Below, piece by piece: positions 19,781 through 19,986 of a stretch of DNA of 19,986 bases. The notes beneath the pieces are model-generated. The model saw only the letters and a program-made list of their open reading frames with translations, was not told where the DNA came from and did not search any database. Numbering within the stretch: the stretch's first letter is position 1; each line of letters begins with the position of its first letter. The stretch is from the NCBI RefSeq assembly GCF_006345805.1, contig NW_021824094.1:1-19986 (forward strand), written 5' to 3'. Origin of the DNA: Octopus sinensis (lineage: Eukaryota). The position numbers were made by a program, and so were the translations under genes.

Positions 19781-19986
19781 GGAAGCACTCCATTGGTTAC
19801 GACGACGAGGGTTCTGGTTGATCCGAATCAATGGAACAGACTGCTCGTGAAATTAACGTGTAAGTGGCTGAGCACTCCACATACACATGTACCCTTAATG
19901 TAGTTCTCGGGGATATTCAGCGTGACACAGAGAGTGACAAGGCTGGCCCTTTGAAATACAGTACAACAGAAACAGGAAGTAAGAGT
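19781..19986 (-). mobile_element. SINE 3' body, family A variant (5' end cut by window end)
   Basis: Resembles a recalled octopus SINE body; the window-end CAACAGAAACAGGAAGTAAGAGT resembles CAACAGAAGAAAGAGT at 96-111; small stem-loop at 19811-19837. Confidence 0.8.

Overview
AT-rich, microsatellite-saturated eukaryotic non-coding DNA (intergenic or large intron). I cannot support any host protein-coding exon; almost all supplied ORFs are translations of simple repeats. The tRNA-derived SINE families resemble those I recall from octopus (coleoid cephalopod) genomes, so the source is probably Octopus (inference, no database search). Contents: about 20 SINE copies or fragments from four families (A-D, my labels); a young 305-bp 5'-truncated RTE/BovB-like LINE with a perfect 11-bp target-site duplication (TSD); an older RTE fragment; TTAA-bounded MITEs, one interrupted by a TSD-flanked SINE; a ~200-bp tandem duplication; two long near-perfect inverted repeats; and G-quadruplex motifs. 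Most notable is a 340-bp element embedded in (TA)n at 19101-19440 with two divergent minimal type I hammerhead-ribozyme-like motifs, one per strand. The minus-strand motif deviates from the CUGANGA core only by a compensatory G3-C8 swap of the C3-G8 tertiary pair. Both long hairpins also carry hammerhead-like GAAA+palindrome remnants, suggesting a set of Penelope-like, ribozyme-associated insertions into TA repeats. Literature and consensus sequences are cited from memory and need checking.
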